A stretch of 64,000 bases of DNA, taken from contig JBDRNU010000025.1 of the NCBI GenBank assembly GCA_043810775.1, positions 48,417-112,416 of the forward strand, in the 5' to 3' direction. A model generated the notes under the pieces. That model was not told where the DNA came from, ran no database searches, and was given only the letters and a program-made list of their open reading frames with translations. The position numbers and the translations under genes are program-made. Positions 1-9,443 of this stretch are shown in pieces. The stretch comes from an archaeon (GTDB taxonomy: Archaea; Nanobdellota; Nanobdellia; Pacearchaeales; GW2011-AR1). The first letter of the stretch is position 1, and each line of letters opens with the position of its first letter.

Positions 1-249
1 AGAGCTTATTCAAGGCCAGTAAACCTGGCTAGATTTGATAAGCTAAACTGGACAACTTCTGGAGAAGATATTTGGTTTATTCCTGAGCATTTAGTTGATA
101 TCAAGCATTTTCCTATTATTGACAGGAAGCAGGTAGCTGGATTAATTGAGCCTCATCCTATTGAGGTAGCTATTGGAAAGATTGTTGAAAATAAAGATCC
201 TGTAAATAGAAATAAGGAAGAAAAAGTTTATAATGACTTGTTTCCATAG
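1..249 (+). CDS. 3' end of an unidentified CDS entering from upstream of the window
   Basis: Frame 1 is open from base 1 (RAYSRPVNLARFDKLNWTTSGEDIWFIPEHLVD...VYNDLFP) and ends at TAG 247-249. It has no start in the window, so it is absent from the ORF track. No family recognised. Confidence 0.4.
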   Translation, partial: RAYSRPVNLARFDKLNWTTSGEDIWFIPEHLVDIKHFPIIDRKQVAGLIEPHPIEVAIGKIVENKDPVNRNKEEKVYNDLFP

Positions 250-255
250 TTTACA

Positions 256-3200
256 ATGTTAAAAAGAGAGGTTTTTGCAGTATTTATTGTAGTTTTTATT
301 ATATTTTCACTAATGATTGTTTCTTCTCAAAATATTATAAAAAAACAGCGTTCTTTTAATATTACAGATGAGGGATTGATTCAGATAGATGAAAAGACTG
401 ATTATATTCCTGAAAAGCAGACTTATATTCTTGAATTTAAAGAAGAGCCGGTATTGAAAAAAGAGATACAGCTTGAAAATGAAATAAGGGAGCTTGAGAT
501 AAAAGCAATGGTACAGGCAGGCCAAGGAAAAATATCCGGTGCAAGCAGGACCGAATCTCAGGTTAATGCAAAGAAAACCCAGAAGCAACAGGAAATTTCT
601 AATTATAGAAAAAAGCTGGAAATTGAGCATGAATTTGCACTTGCTGACATAAAGAATAAGCTTGATAAGAAAACATTTATTGGAAATGTTATTTTTAATT
701 TAAAGAGCATTACTGGAAACGCAATTTTTATGATTTCAGATAATCTTATCTTCTTTTCCCCAGAAGAAAAAATTAAGCCAGAAAAAGAGTATTTCAATAC
801 ATTTAATGGAGCTGTAGTTGATTTAACCAGGGAGGAATTAGAAAAAGTAAAAAAATCTTCTTATGTTAAGGAGATTTATCCTGATGTTGAGCTTCAGGTG
901 ATTTTAGATGATTCAGTACCTCTGATGAATGCAGATGATGTCTGGAGGTTAGTTGATTGGGAGGGAAAAAATATTACTGGTCAAGGAATGACTATTGCTA
1001 TTGTTGATACTGGAATAAATTATACTCATTCTGATTTAGGAAGATGTACTAGTGAGGAGTTTTTAAATGGCAACTGTGAAAAGGTAATTGGAGGATATGA
1101 TTTTTTTAATGAAGACAGTGACCCAATGGATGACCATGGGCATGGAACTCACTGTGCAGCCACTGCTGCTGGAAAAGGAGATGAATCTCTTCAAGTAACT
1201 CTTAGAAATTCCAGCTCACTTGAATTTTCAATTGGGCCAGACTATATTGTAATGACTGGCGTGTTAAAAAATGGATATTTTCCAATATATTTAGTTTATG
1301 GAAATGGAACTTATTTTACAAATCCTGGAAGAAACGACTTAAATAAACTAGTTAGTTCTTCGACTAGTAATATTTTGTTTAATAGCAGTAGTGATGAACA
1401 GTTTATTGCAAGCTGGAACTCCAGTACAGGAGCTGAATCTTATGTCTTGAGTGCAACTATCACAACAAAAGATAGTGCAAATAGAACAACTATTATTAAT
1501 AAAATTACAACTAGTGATGTTTGCACTGATTTAACTGAAGGAGATACTTGTTATGTAGGAAATGTTGTCTTAACTGTAAATGAGGTGTATGTTATAGGAA
1601 ATACTAAGTGGGTGGATTTGAGTATAGGTGCAGGAGGAAGTTTTGACAAGGTTTTTGATGTAAACAGAACTTATATTTATCTTCCTTTGAAAGAAAATCT
1701 TCCTAATAGAACTTATGTTACTGAAATTTATAGCTCAGATGACAGTATTCTTAGTTCTTGTAATTATTATTGGTGGAGCGAAAATGTTGAGTTTGGTGCA
1801 TGTAGTGGTGGAGGGGGTGGAGGGGGTGGGGAAATTTATGTGGGATTAAATGGGGTGGCTCCAGATACTAAGATATATTCATATAAAGTGTGCAGTTCTG
1901 GTGGGAGTTGCCCAAGCGTAGATATTATGCAGGCTTTTGAGGCTGCAGTTGATCCTAATAATGATGGGGATTTTTCTGATATGGTTGATGTAGTTAGTGT
2001 AAGTTTAGGGGGCAATGGAAATCCAGATGATGTTCTAAGTAAATCTGCTGATACAATGGTTGAAGCAGGAGTAGTTGCAGTTATTGCAGCTGCTAATGCT
2101 GGACCGTTAGAAGGTACAATTGGCAGTCCAGGCACATCGAGAAAAGCAATTACAGTAGGAGCAAGTGATAAAAATGACATTATAGCTGTTTTTAGTTCTA
2201 GAGGGCCGGTAGTATGGGAAGATGAAAATAATATAAATAGAACAATGATTAAGCCAGATGTAGTTGCACCAGGAGTTAATATCTGTGCAGCACAACATGA
2301 TAGTGCTTGGCAGTATAGCAAGTGTCTTGATGATATACATGTTGCAATATCTGGAACTTCAATGGCAACCCCTCATGTTGCAGGAGCTGCTGCTTTAATA
2401 AAGCAGGCGCATCCTGACTGGACTCCAGCTCAAATAAAATCAGCCTTAAAGAATACTGCAGTTGATATTGGTGAAAATTTATTCACTCAGGGAGCAGGAA
2501 GAATTAATGTTTTAGAAGCTGTAAGTTTGAATAATTCTTTAGTTATTAATATGGATATTTATCAAGACGGAGAGAATATTATTATTAACACTGAAATAAC
2601 TGGAGAAAATTTAGACAGTTATATTCTTGATTATAAAATAGGGGAAAATGAGTGGAGTGGGTTTGACTCTGGCAGTTTAAATCCTTTTGGAGATGAATTA
2701 ATCTTTAGTTATGATTCAACTGAACTAGATAGTGGTTGGGTGTTTTTTAGAGTTAGTGTAAATGATTCAAGTAGTGAGAATTTTTTTGAGCAGGCTGTAT
2801 TTAAAATTGATAATTTTAAGATTGCCCAAGCTGGGACGGGGGGATATTTAGTTGAAAGCAGTGAAGATGTTTTTGCAGAGGTGACAAGTGGAGAGTATGT
2901 TAGTTATGATATTTATATGAGCAGGATGCTGTCTAGCGGTAATTATAGCGAGTGGTTTAGTGTTTATGCTTCTTCTCAGCCATTAGAAACAGGAAAAATT
3001 GCAACTTTAGATGTTGATTCTTTAGAAGATGGAAAATATCAGATGAAAATTGTGGCAATTACAGAGCAAGCTAATCAGGTAGAGGGTGAGATTTATAAGA
3101 AAGTAGTTGTATTAAAAAGTTTTAGAGGAGGAATAATTAGAGAGACTGTACAAATTGAGCCGGGTTATATTTCTGTTGAGAAAATTGAAGATGAGACAGA

Positions 3201-6200
3201 TATTATTTTAAGAAGCATGGCTCATGAAGGGATAGGGGGTGGATGGTATCTGCCTGTGGGAAGAATAGAGATATGGAGAAATGGTTCTTTGTATAAGTTG
3301 ATTAGTGATACTTCAAAAGATTCAGAATTTTTTTCAATTTATGGCAATGGACAGTTTAAGTATACTATTTATGAAAAAGACGGTGAAAAATATATTGTAA
3401 ACCATGATGCATATGAGGATCCTGAAATCAGCTGGAGAAAAGGCGGAATAATTGATTATACTGGGGAGTATTTATTTAACTGGCCTAAGCTTTTTGGATA
3501 TGCTCATAGAGAAGTTAATTGGGGGGAAGGCGAGACTGTGGTTTATGGTGATAAGATTATTTATATGCACCAGTATGAAAATTGGACTAATGAGAATAAT
3601 ATTTTAGAAGGATATCTTGTGAATTTTGAGTATAAAATAAATATTTATGGGAAAGATGGGGCACTTTTAGACCAGATTATTCTCAAGCCTTATGAGTTTG
3701 AGCTTGTGCCCGGGGCAGGAATTGAGGGGTGGAGAGAGGATATATCTATGACTGCTTTTAAAGATTCTGGAAAGGAGCTAGTTGCACTAGTTGAAAGAAA
3801 TACACTAGAGTATGCTTATGAAAACAGCTCCTTAAATAAAGATTGGATTTATGTGCAGTTAAATAATATTGAAACAGGAGCTAGTGAAGGAAATTTAGAG
3901 ATTCTGTTTGTGGGCGAATTATTAAATAATTTTAATGAGCCGATTTCTATTGTACAAGATGGCAAAGGCAGGATTGTATTACCAATTGAAACTTTTAATG
4001 AAACTTTATGGTTGGAAGAGCCTGGAAGGAAAGATGCATGGAGTGTAATTTTTTATTTTATTAATTCTTCTGCTAGTGTTGAAAATGAGGTCAGGATAAG
4101 TAATTATAGTTTGTATTCAACACTTGCAGCATTAGAGTATGAAAACCAGACTTATGTTTTGGCATCTATGAGAGATGATGAGTCTGATATGATTTTTATT
4201 TTTGATTTTGAAGGAAATATTGTAAGGCAGATTAATGTTTCTAATTCTATATATGAGAGTGTTCCTGTTTTATTGAGAACTGGGGATATTGATGCTGATG
4301 GAATACCTGAAATAGTAGCAGTTTCTTATGAGAGCATACCTTCAGGTGATTATTGGGAAAGGAATATATTAATCAGGGTGTATGATTTTTATGGAAATGA
4401 GGAAATGAGTTTTAGCATTCCAGTAGTTGAATTAGGAAGTAGCAGTATTAATGATATTGTTATTGCTGATTATAATGATAATGGACAGACTGACTTGATT
4501 TTTACTATGAGTAGTTTTGATGAGAATTGGAATGAGGTAAATCCTAAGTTGTTTGCTATTGATTTGGGGAGTGAATATAATAAAGATAAGATGTACTGGG
4601 CGTTTCAGAGGGGAGATATGCAGAGAAGTGCTTGCTTTGGATGTGTAGAAGAGCCTGACTTAAGAACAGGGTTATTTTTTAATCCAGTCACTGGCTTTGG
4701 AAATAATCATAGTTTAAGCTTGATTATTGAAAATAATTATATATACTTAAATAGTATGAATTATGAGGTTTCTTATTCAAAATGTGAGTATGCTGACAGG
4801 GCAAGCTGTGCTTATACTTTAGTTAATCAAGGAATTATATCAGGATTAGCGTCAGGGAACAATTATCAGAAAGATATGAGTGTTTTGTATCCTTTAGTTG
4901 GCGAGTATGTATTAAAGCTTAAAGTTAGCTCGAATAATGAAGAGTTTGAAAATATTACTAAGTATTATTCTGTAAATGTTAGGAGTTTTTATGCAGACTT
5001 GTATGCTTATATTTATTATTCTAGCTATTTTGTTAACAGTGAAAATGACATTCAGACTGAGATTTTTAATAAAGGCAATGAAGATACAGTTGCAAATGCT
5101 ACTTTATATGTTCAGGAAGGTTATTGTAGCAAGTTTACTAGTTGTGATAATTTAAGCTTAATTAGTTCTATGGAGTTTGAAGTTGGAGATAGGGAGTTTG
5201 AATATCCTGTTTTTTACTGGACTCCTTATGCTAGTGGAGAGTTTACTTTGGTTTTAAATGTAACTAGCAGTAATGATATTAATTTAGATGATAATGTTTA
5301 TTTTCGGAGTATAACTGTCAAAGAACCTGGGGCTGATTTATATGTATATATCCCTTATTTTGACATGTTTGCAAATTTTACTAATAATCTCAGCGCTAGA
5401 GTTTATAATTTTGGGACTGAAACTCCAGTTAATGCTACACTAGAGTTTTATTATCAAAAAGATTTTTGTTATTATTATGATGGTGAGTGCACTAATTTAA
5501 GCTTAATTGGCTCTAGAGATTTGGTTTTTAGTGAGTGGGAAGAAGCTGTTGAGTATTTTGATTGGTTTAGTGAAAATGAAGGATACTATACTTTTGTTGC
5601 AATTGCAAATGCAAGCAATGAGGTTTATCCTGAGGATAATTTTGACTGGAATTATGTATGGGTTAGGTCTAGTGGGCCGGACGTTGGTGTATATTTTTAT
5701 AATTTTTATGAATCTTATATGGTTGTTGGGCAGGAAAATGATATTCCTTTTATAGTTTATAATGAAGGAACTGAACCAGCTTTAAACATAAATTTAACTT
5801 TATATCGTGAGATTTATAATTTAAGTGAATGGTGGTACGAGTCTGTTGGCAGTGTTATTATAGGGAGTATAGAACCTGGAGAAGAGGTTTTTGCAAATAT
5901 TTCATTTAGTCCTATAGAAAAAGGTTATATTTATTTTATGGCAAATGCTTCAGCTGAAAATGATGTTTACTTTAATAATAATGATGCTTTTTATAGTAAA
6001 AATATTCTTAGTTTAGGAAGAGATGTTGGGATTGATTATGTATATTCTTCAAATGAGTTTGCAGTTGGACAGACTAGTGGCATGGTGGTTAGGATAAGCA
6101 ATGTTGGAAGTGAAAGTGTAGAGAATATTAATGCATCTCTTTATGTTGATGGGGAATTTATTACTAGCGAGGTTTATGACTTTTTATATTCAGAAGTTGA

Positions 6201-7830
6201 TGAAGAGTGGCCTACTTCTTATACTTTTCATCTTCAATATACTCCTTTAAGTGTTGGAGTAAAGTCAGCTATAATAAATGTAAGCATAGATGGAGATGTT
6301 GACTTGTCTGATAATAGCCAGAATTATCCTATTATAGTATATTCTTTAAGAAACCTGACTTTAAATATTGTGGATAGCTTGTGGAATCCTGTGCAAAGAT
6401 TGGTATTTCTTGAAAATGATGCATATGAAATAAATGGAAGCAATACTATTGAAGTTCCTGATTTACCTGAATTTAATAATTTTGGGCTGATTCATATACT
6501 TGAAGGAAGTATTTATTCTGGCGTTGGGGGAGCTGTTGGGATTTATACTGAAGAGGTTTTTTTAGGAGATAATGAAACTCTGATTTCAGAATTTTATGAG
6601 AGAATTGAAGATAATAATGAATATTATTATTCTGTTTTTGCTTATAATTTAAGCTTTCCTTTTTATGAAAATCAGTTGTTGATTTATCTGAATGAAACCT
6701 GGACTGAAAGAATAGGATTAAATTCAAGCTCACTTGAGGATTATACCTTGTTTTATTGCAAGAATTTTAATTTTGCAAGCAAGAGCTGTTTAAGTGGGTG
6801 GAAATCTGACTTTATATGGATGGATATTGATATTTACAAAGGTGAGGCTGAATATGAAGCAGTGCTTTATGAGCCTAGCATGGCTTTTGGGATTTCTATA
6901 GCAAATATACTTGATGGGGAAACTAGTGATTTAAGCTTAGTTCCAGACTTATTTAGTGGGTTGATACTTGAAAATACTGCTTTTGGCAGAGTTAGATTTT
7001 TAGATGAGATTAATGTCAGCAGATTAAGGAGCAATCCTTTAGTGTTAGATGATAATGTTAGATTTAGGCTGAGAAAAATTAATCTGGACACAAGCAACTT
7101 ACAAGAGCTTGGGAATAAGAGTGCTGAGATTTTAGTTAGAGCTGTTGATTATATTAATCCTGTGATATTATACAATGGGCAGAAGTGTATGCAATGTTCA
7201 AATGTTTATTATAACTCGAGCTTAAATTATATTATTTTCAATTCAACTGGATTTTCTGAATATCAGATTATAGAGGGATGTGGAGATGGTTATTGTGATG
7301 GATTGGAAAATACTGCTAATTGCGCTAGTGATTGTCAGGTTGGGGATGACGATGATGGTGGAGGAGGAGGAGGTGGTGGAGGAGGTGGTGGCGGGGATGA
7401 TAGTATTGCATCTAGGTTGAATATTACCAAGCCAGGAGGAATTACACCAACTGGGTGCAATGTAGGGGAGTGTGATTTAGTTGAGCATAGATATTGCGAT
7501 GAAAATAGAAACTGGCAAACTGACAGTTATTGCGAATATTGCAAGGAAGATGGAATTTGTGCAGAAGATACCTACTTGCCAAGAGATTATAATTTGCCAT
7601 TAGTTGCTCTTTTTATCTTCTTAGTAGCTGCTTCAGGTTTTGTAATTATTTTAATTGCTTGGAAATATGTTGAATTTTTAGAAGAAAATAAAACTCATAA
7701 ATCAAAAATGACTAAAGGCAGGGAAATTATCAGCAATGCAAGGAAATCAGGCTATACTAATGAGGAAATCAGAAGAAGATTTAGGGAAAATGGGTGGAAG
7801 GATAAAGATATTAACAAGATGATGAAGTAG
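256..7830 (+). CDS. Giant (2524 aa) membrane-anchored surface protein with a subtilisin-like S8 serine protease domain, FG-GAP/VCBS-like and CARDB-like repeats, and a Cys-rich C-terminal module + TM + basic tail
   Basis: N-terminal hydrophobic signal/anchor (VFAVFIVVFIIFSLMIVSS). S8 catalytic triad motifs are AIVDTGINYTHSDL (Asp), HGHGTHCAATAAG (His) and SGTSMATPHVAGAAALI (Ser). Repeated ADLY/PDVG...N.G.....N..LY segments look like CARDB. GDIDADGIPEIV and DYNDNGQTDLIF look like FG-GAP. Two poly-Gly linkers. C-terminal TM LPLVALFIFLVAASGFVIILIAW. Confidence 0.9.
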   Translation: MLKREVFAVFIVVFIIFSLMIVSSQNIIKKQRSFNITDEGLIQIDEKTDYIPEKQTYILEFKEEPVLKKEIQLENEIRELEIKAMVQAGQGKISGASRTESQVNAKKTQKQQEISNYRKKLEIEHEFALADIKNKLDKKTFIGNVIFNLKSITGNAIFMISDNLIFFSPEEKIKPEKEYFNTFNGAVVDLTREELEKVKKSSYVKEIYPDVELQVILDDSVPLMNADDVWRLVDWEGKNITGQGMTIAIVDTGINYTHSDLGRCTSEEFLNGNCEKVIGGYDFFNEDSDPMDDHGHGTHCAATAAGKGDESLQVTLRNSSSLEFSIGPDYIVMTGVLKNGYFPIYLVYGNGTYFTNPGRNDLNKLVSSSTSNILFNSSSDEQFIASWNSSTGAESYVLSATITTKDSANRTTIINKITTSDVCTDLTEGDTCYVGNVVLTVNEVYVIGNTKWVDLSIGAGGSFDKVFDVNRTYIYLPLKENLPNRTYVTEIYSSDDSILSSCNYYWWSENVEFGACSGGGGGGGGEIYVGLNGVAPDTKIYSYKVCSSGGSCPSVDIMQAFEAAVDPNNDGDFSDMVDVVSVSLGGNGNPDDVLSKSADTMVEAGVVAVIAAANAGPLEGTIGSPGTSRKAITVGASDKNDIIAVFSSRGPVVWEDENNINRTMIKPDVVAPGVNICAAQHDSAWQYSKCLDDIHVAISGTSMATPHVAGAAALIKQAHPDWTPAQIKSALKNTAVDIGENLFTQGAGRINVLEAVSLNNSLVINMDIYQDGENIIINTEITGENLDSYILDYKIGENEWSGFDSGSLNPFGDELIFSYDSTELDSGWVFFRVSVNDSSSENFFEQAVFKIDNFKIAQAGTGGYLVESSEDVFAEVTSGEYVSYDIYMSRMLSSGNYSEWFSVYASSQPLETGKIATLDVDSLEDGKYQMKIVAITEQANQVEGEIYKKVVVLKSFRGGIIRETVQIEPGYISVEKIEDETDIILRSMAHEGIGGGWYLPVGRIEIWRNGSLYKLISDTSKDSEFFSIYGNGQFKYTIYEKDGEKYIVNHDAYEDPEISWRKGGIIDYTGEYLFNWPKLFGYAHREVNWGEGETVVYGDKIIYMHQYENWTNENNILEGYLVNFEYKINIYGKDGALLDQIILKPYEFELVPGAGIEGWREDISMTAFKDSGKELVALVERNTLEYAYENSSLNKDWIYVQLNNIETGASEGNLEILFVGELLNNFNEPISIVQDGKGRIVLPIETFNETLWLEEPGRKDAWSVIFYFINSSASVENEVRISNYSLYSTLAALEYENQTYVLASMRDDESDMIFIFDFEGNIVRQINVSNSIYESVPVLLRTGDIDADGIPEIVAVSYESIPSGDYWERNILIRVYDFYGNEEMSFSIPVVELGSSSINDIVIADYNDNGQTDLIFTMSSFDENWNEVNPKLFAIDLGSEYNKDKMYWAFQRGDMQRSACFGCVEEPDLRTGLFFNPVTGFGNNHSLSLIIENNYIYLNSMNYEVSYSKCEYADRASCAYTLVNQGIISGLASGNNYQKDMSVLYPLVGEYVLKLKVSSNNEEFENITKYYSVNVRSFYADLYAYIYYSSYFVNSENDIQTEIFNKGNEDTVANATLYVQEGYCSKFTSCDNLSLISSMEFEVGDREFEYPVFYWTPYASGEFTLVLNVTSSNDINLDDNVYFRSITVKEPGADLYVYIPYFDMFANFTNNLSARVYNFGTETPVNATLEFYYQKDFCYYYDGECTNLSLIGSRDLVFSEWEEAVEYFDWFSENEGYYTFVAIANASNEVYPEDNFDWNYVWVRSSGPDVGVYFYNFYESYMVVGQENDIPFIVYNEGTEPALNINLTLYREIYNLSEWWYESVGSVIIGSIEPGEEVFANISFSPIEKGYIYFMANASAENDVYFNNNDAFYSKNILSLGRDVGIDYVYSSNEFAVGQTSGMVVRISNVGSESVENINASLYVDGEFITSEVYDFLYSEVDEEWPTSYTFHLQYTPLSVGVKSAIINVSIDGDVDLSDNSQNYPIIVYSLRNLTLNIVDSLWNPVQRLVFLENDAYEINGSNTIEVPDLPEFNNFGLIHILEGSIYSGVGGAVGIYTEEVFLGDNETLISEFYERIEDNNEYYYSVFAYNLSFPFYENQLLIYLNETWTERIGLNSSSLEDYTLFYCKNFNFASKSCLSGWKSDFIWMDIDIYKGEAEYEAVLYEPSMAFGISIANILDGETSDLSLVPDLFSGLILENTAFGRVRFLDEINVSRLRSNPLVLDDNVRFRLRKINLDTSNLQELGNKSAEILVRAVDYINPVILYNGQKCMQCSNVYYNSSLNYIIFNSTGFSEYQIIEGCGDGYCDGLENTANCASDCQVGDDDDGGGGGGGGGGGGGDDSIASRLNITKPGGITPTGCNVGECDLVEHRYCDENRNWQTDSYCEYCKEDGICAEDTYLPRDYNLPLVALFIFLVAASGFVIILIAWKYVEFLEENKTHKSKMTKGREIISNARKSGYTNEEIRRRFRENGWKDKDINKMMK

Positions 7831-8317
7831 TTTTTCCCCAGGTCATTTCTTTTCCTTGTTTTAAGTGTGCATCTAGAATTTCAAGCTCTTCATAGATACC
7901 TTCAATTAAATCATAACTGGAAGCTTCTTCTAGCGAGACCCACTTGAATTCTGTTAGTGCTTTACAAAGTTTGATGTCTTCTGATGCTGGTTCTGCATAT
8001 AAACTGATAATTAGGCAGGGAATATTATCAGGGCGAATATAAACCAGGCTAGTAACATACCCTATATTTTTAATTTCTAGGTTGACTTCTTCTTTTATCT
8101 CGCGCTTAAGTAATCTCTCTAGGATATTATACCAGTGAAACTCGGTATCTTTATTGCGAAGAGCATAATCCAGAACTTCAAGCTTGCCTCCTGGAACTGT
8201 CCACTTGCCTGGAAAGGCTTTTTCAAACTCTGCCCGCTTTGTTATAAGATATTTACAATCTTTTACTAGAATTCCGGTAACTACAATGTAGTGTGCCTGG
8301 TTTTTATCATATATCAT
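7811..8317 (-). CDS. Nudix hydrolase
   Basis: Near-canonical Nudix box (GGKLE ... REIKEEVNLEI). I prefer the internal start MIYDKNQAHYIVVTG (8317) over the track start (8377), whose extra 20 codons overlap the upstream ORF. The 3' end overlaps the convergent giant gene by 20 nt. Confidence 0.75.
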   Translation of the reverse strand: MIYDKNQAHYIVVTGILVKDCKYLITKRAEFEKAFPGKWTVPGGKLEVLDYALRNKDTEFHWYNILERLLKREIKEEVNLEIKNIGYVTSLVYIRPDNIPCLIISLYAEPASEDIKLCKALTEFKWVSLEEASSYDLIEGIYEELEILDAHLKQGKEMTWGKTTSSSC

Positions 8318-8660
8318 TTTTTTCTTGTAATAGTTTAATTGCGTTTTCTTGTATTTCCTGCAATAGAGTAATTTCAAATGGGCTAAAAATTTCTGCTTGT
8401 GTCTTGTCTATTTGAATATAAGGGCATCCTTCTGAGCTGGATAGAGCAGGCAGGCTTAAATAAATCTTAATTGAGTTGTATCCTAAATCTGGAGGATTAA
8501 ATGAGAGATTATTAACAAGACTTTGAGCAATTTCCTGTGCTGATGAATATACACCCCATCCTCTGCCTTTTTTTGTAATAATAGGATATTTAATAGCTGC
8601 TTTTTCATCATGGACTTTTTGGATACTAGTTATATAACAAAATAATTCTAAATCATGCAT
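8307..8660 (-). CDS. Hypothetical protein (117 aa), probably co-transcribed with the downstream Nudix gene
   Basis: Open frame with ATG, same strand as and overlapping the start region of the Nudix gene. No motif recognised. Confidence 0.4.
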   Translation of the reverse strand: MHDLELFCYITSIQKVHDEKAAIKYPIITKKGRGWGVYSSAQEIAQSLVNNLSFNPPDLGYNSIKIYLSLPALSSSEGCPYIQIDKTQAEIFSPFEITLLQEIQENAIKLLQEKNDI

Positions 8661-8768
8661 ATTTCAAGATAATTATATTTATATGTCAAAAATTCCCTCT
8701 AATTTTGAATTTTTGAGCATAGTCAAAAACCTCCTTATGGACTTAATAAGTTTTTGATATTTAAAGAA

Positions 8769-8789
8769 TTGCTCAAAAAATTTGAGCAA
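8769..8789. promoter_or_regulatory. 9-bp perfect inverted repeat TTGCTCAAA-aaa-TTTGAGCAA (candidate operator), plus an extra half-site TTTGAGCA at 8712-8719
   Basis: Read directly. It lies 12 nt upstream of the ATG of the wHTH-Nudix gene, in the divergent intergenic region 8661-8800. Confidence 0.4.
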
Positions 8790-8800
8790 ACTAGGGAAAA

Positions 8801-9400
8801 ATGGAGAAAGAAATTTTAGAATTATTTTTATTTAATAATAAGCTAAAGTTTAGCGAGATTGGAAAGCTCTTAAATATCAGAACAAATAAGCTGGCTTATC
8901 ACTTGAATAATCTTGTTAAGAAAGGAATTTTAGTTAAAGATAAACAGTCTTATTTTCTATCAGATATTTCTGAAAGCTTAATTCCTTATTTATCTGATAA
9001 AAAAGCAGTACTTCCTGTTATTTTAGTTTTAATTGGAGATAAAAAGAAAGCTTATCTGTATAAGAGATCTAAGAGGCCGTTTAAAGGATATTTTTCCTTG
9101 CCTGGGGGAAGAATTCAGATTGGAGAAAGTATAAGTGATGCTACTAAAAGGATAATGAAGAAGTTTGGGATTAAGGCTAAATTAGGAAGAGTAAATTCTG
9201 TAAGTTTAGAGCATGTAAAGAAGAAGGGAAAAATTATCCATAGTTTTATGCTGATTTTTGTTACAGCTACTTCTAAAGATAATGTTGATTTTGTTAGTGT
9301 TGAAAGGAAAAAAAGGCAGATAATTAAGAGTGATTATTATCTTTTAAGGCATAAATCAGATGAAGAATTAGATATAAATACTATTTTTTCAATTGATTGA
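8801..9400 (+). CDS. Winged-HTH (ArsR-like) domain fused to a Nudix-fold domain with a degenerate Nudix box; putative ligand-sensing regulator
   Basis: N-terminus FSEIGKLLNIRTNKLAYHLNNLVKKGILVK resembles an ArsR/wHTH recognition helix. C-terminal LPGGRIQIGESISDATKRIMKKFGI follows the G-x5-E-x7-R spacing but lacks the REUxEE glutamates. Confidence 0.65.
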   Translation: MEKEILELFLFNNKLKFSEIGKLLNIRTNKLAYHLNNLVKKGILVKDKQSYFLSDISESLIPYLSDKKAVLPVILVLIGDKKKAYLYKRSKRPFKGYFSLPGGRIQIGESISDATKRIMKKFGIKAKLGRVNSVSLEHVKKKGKIIHSFMLIFVTATSKDNVDFVSVERKKRQIIKSDYYLLRHKSDEELDINTIFSID

Positions 9401-9418
9401 ATTTCTTAGAAAGATTTA

Positions 9419-9440
9419 TATACTATAGTTATACTATAGT
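9419..9440. promoter_or_regulatory. Tandem 11-bp direct repeat (TATACTATAGT x2), each with the 8-bp palindrome ACTATAGT; candidate MazE/MazF operator
   Basis: Read directly. It ends 3 nt before the ATG at 9444. A TATA-like AAGATTTATATA overlaps its 5' edge. Confidence 0.4.
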
Positions 9441-9443
9441 CTT

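Noticed and set aside
310-7097. Short ORFs inside or antisense to the first giant gene (310..630, 603..797, 1836..2321, 2107..2340, 5507..5755, 6473..6733, 6867..7097)
   Set aside because: They are fully nested in a 7.6-kb ORF with clear S8, CARDB and other domain signatures. Their sequences are low-complexity and unrecognisable, as expected by chance in AT-rich DNA.
7357-7395. G-rich tracts (7357-7395 and 1807-1830) as possible G-quadruplex or simple-repeat elements
   Set aside because: They are in-frame GGN codon runs encoding Gly13 and Gly8 linkers within the giant protein. The mixed GGT/GGA/GGG codons argue for protein-level selection rather than a DNA-level element.
7811-7830. The 20-nt convergent overlap of the giant gene and the Nudix gene 3' ends as a regulatory antisense feature
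   Set aside because: Short convergent overlaps recur in this compact sequence (for example 50003-50022). Nothing beyond the overlap itself supports a function.
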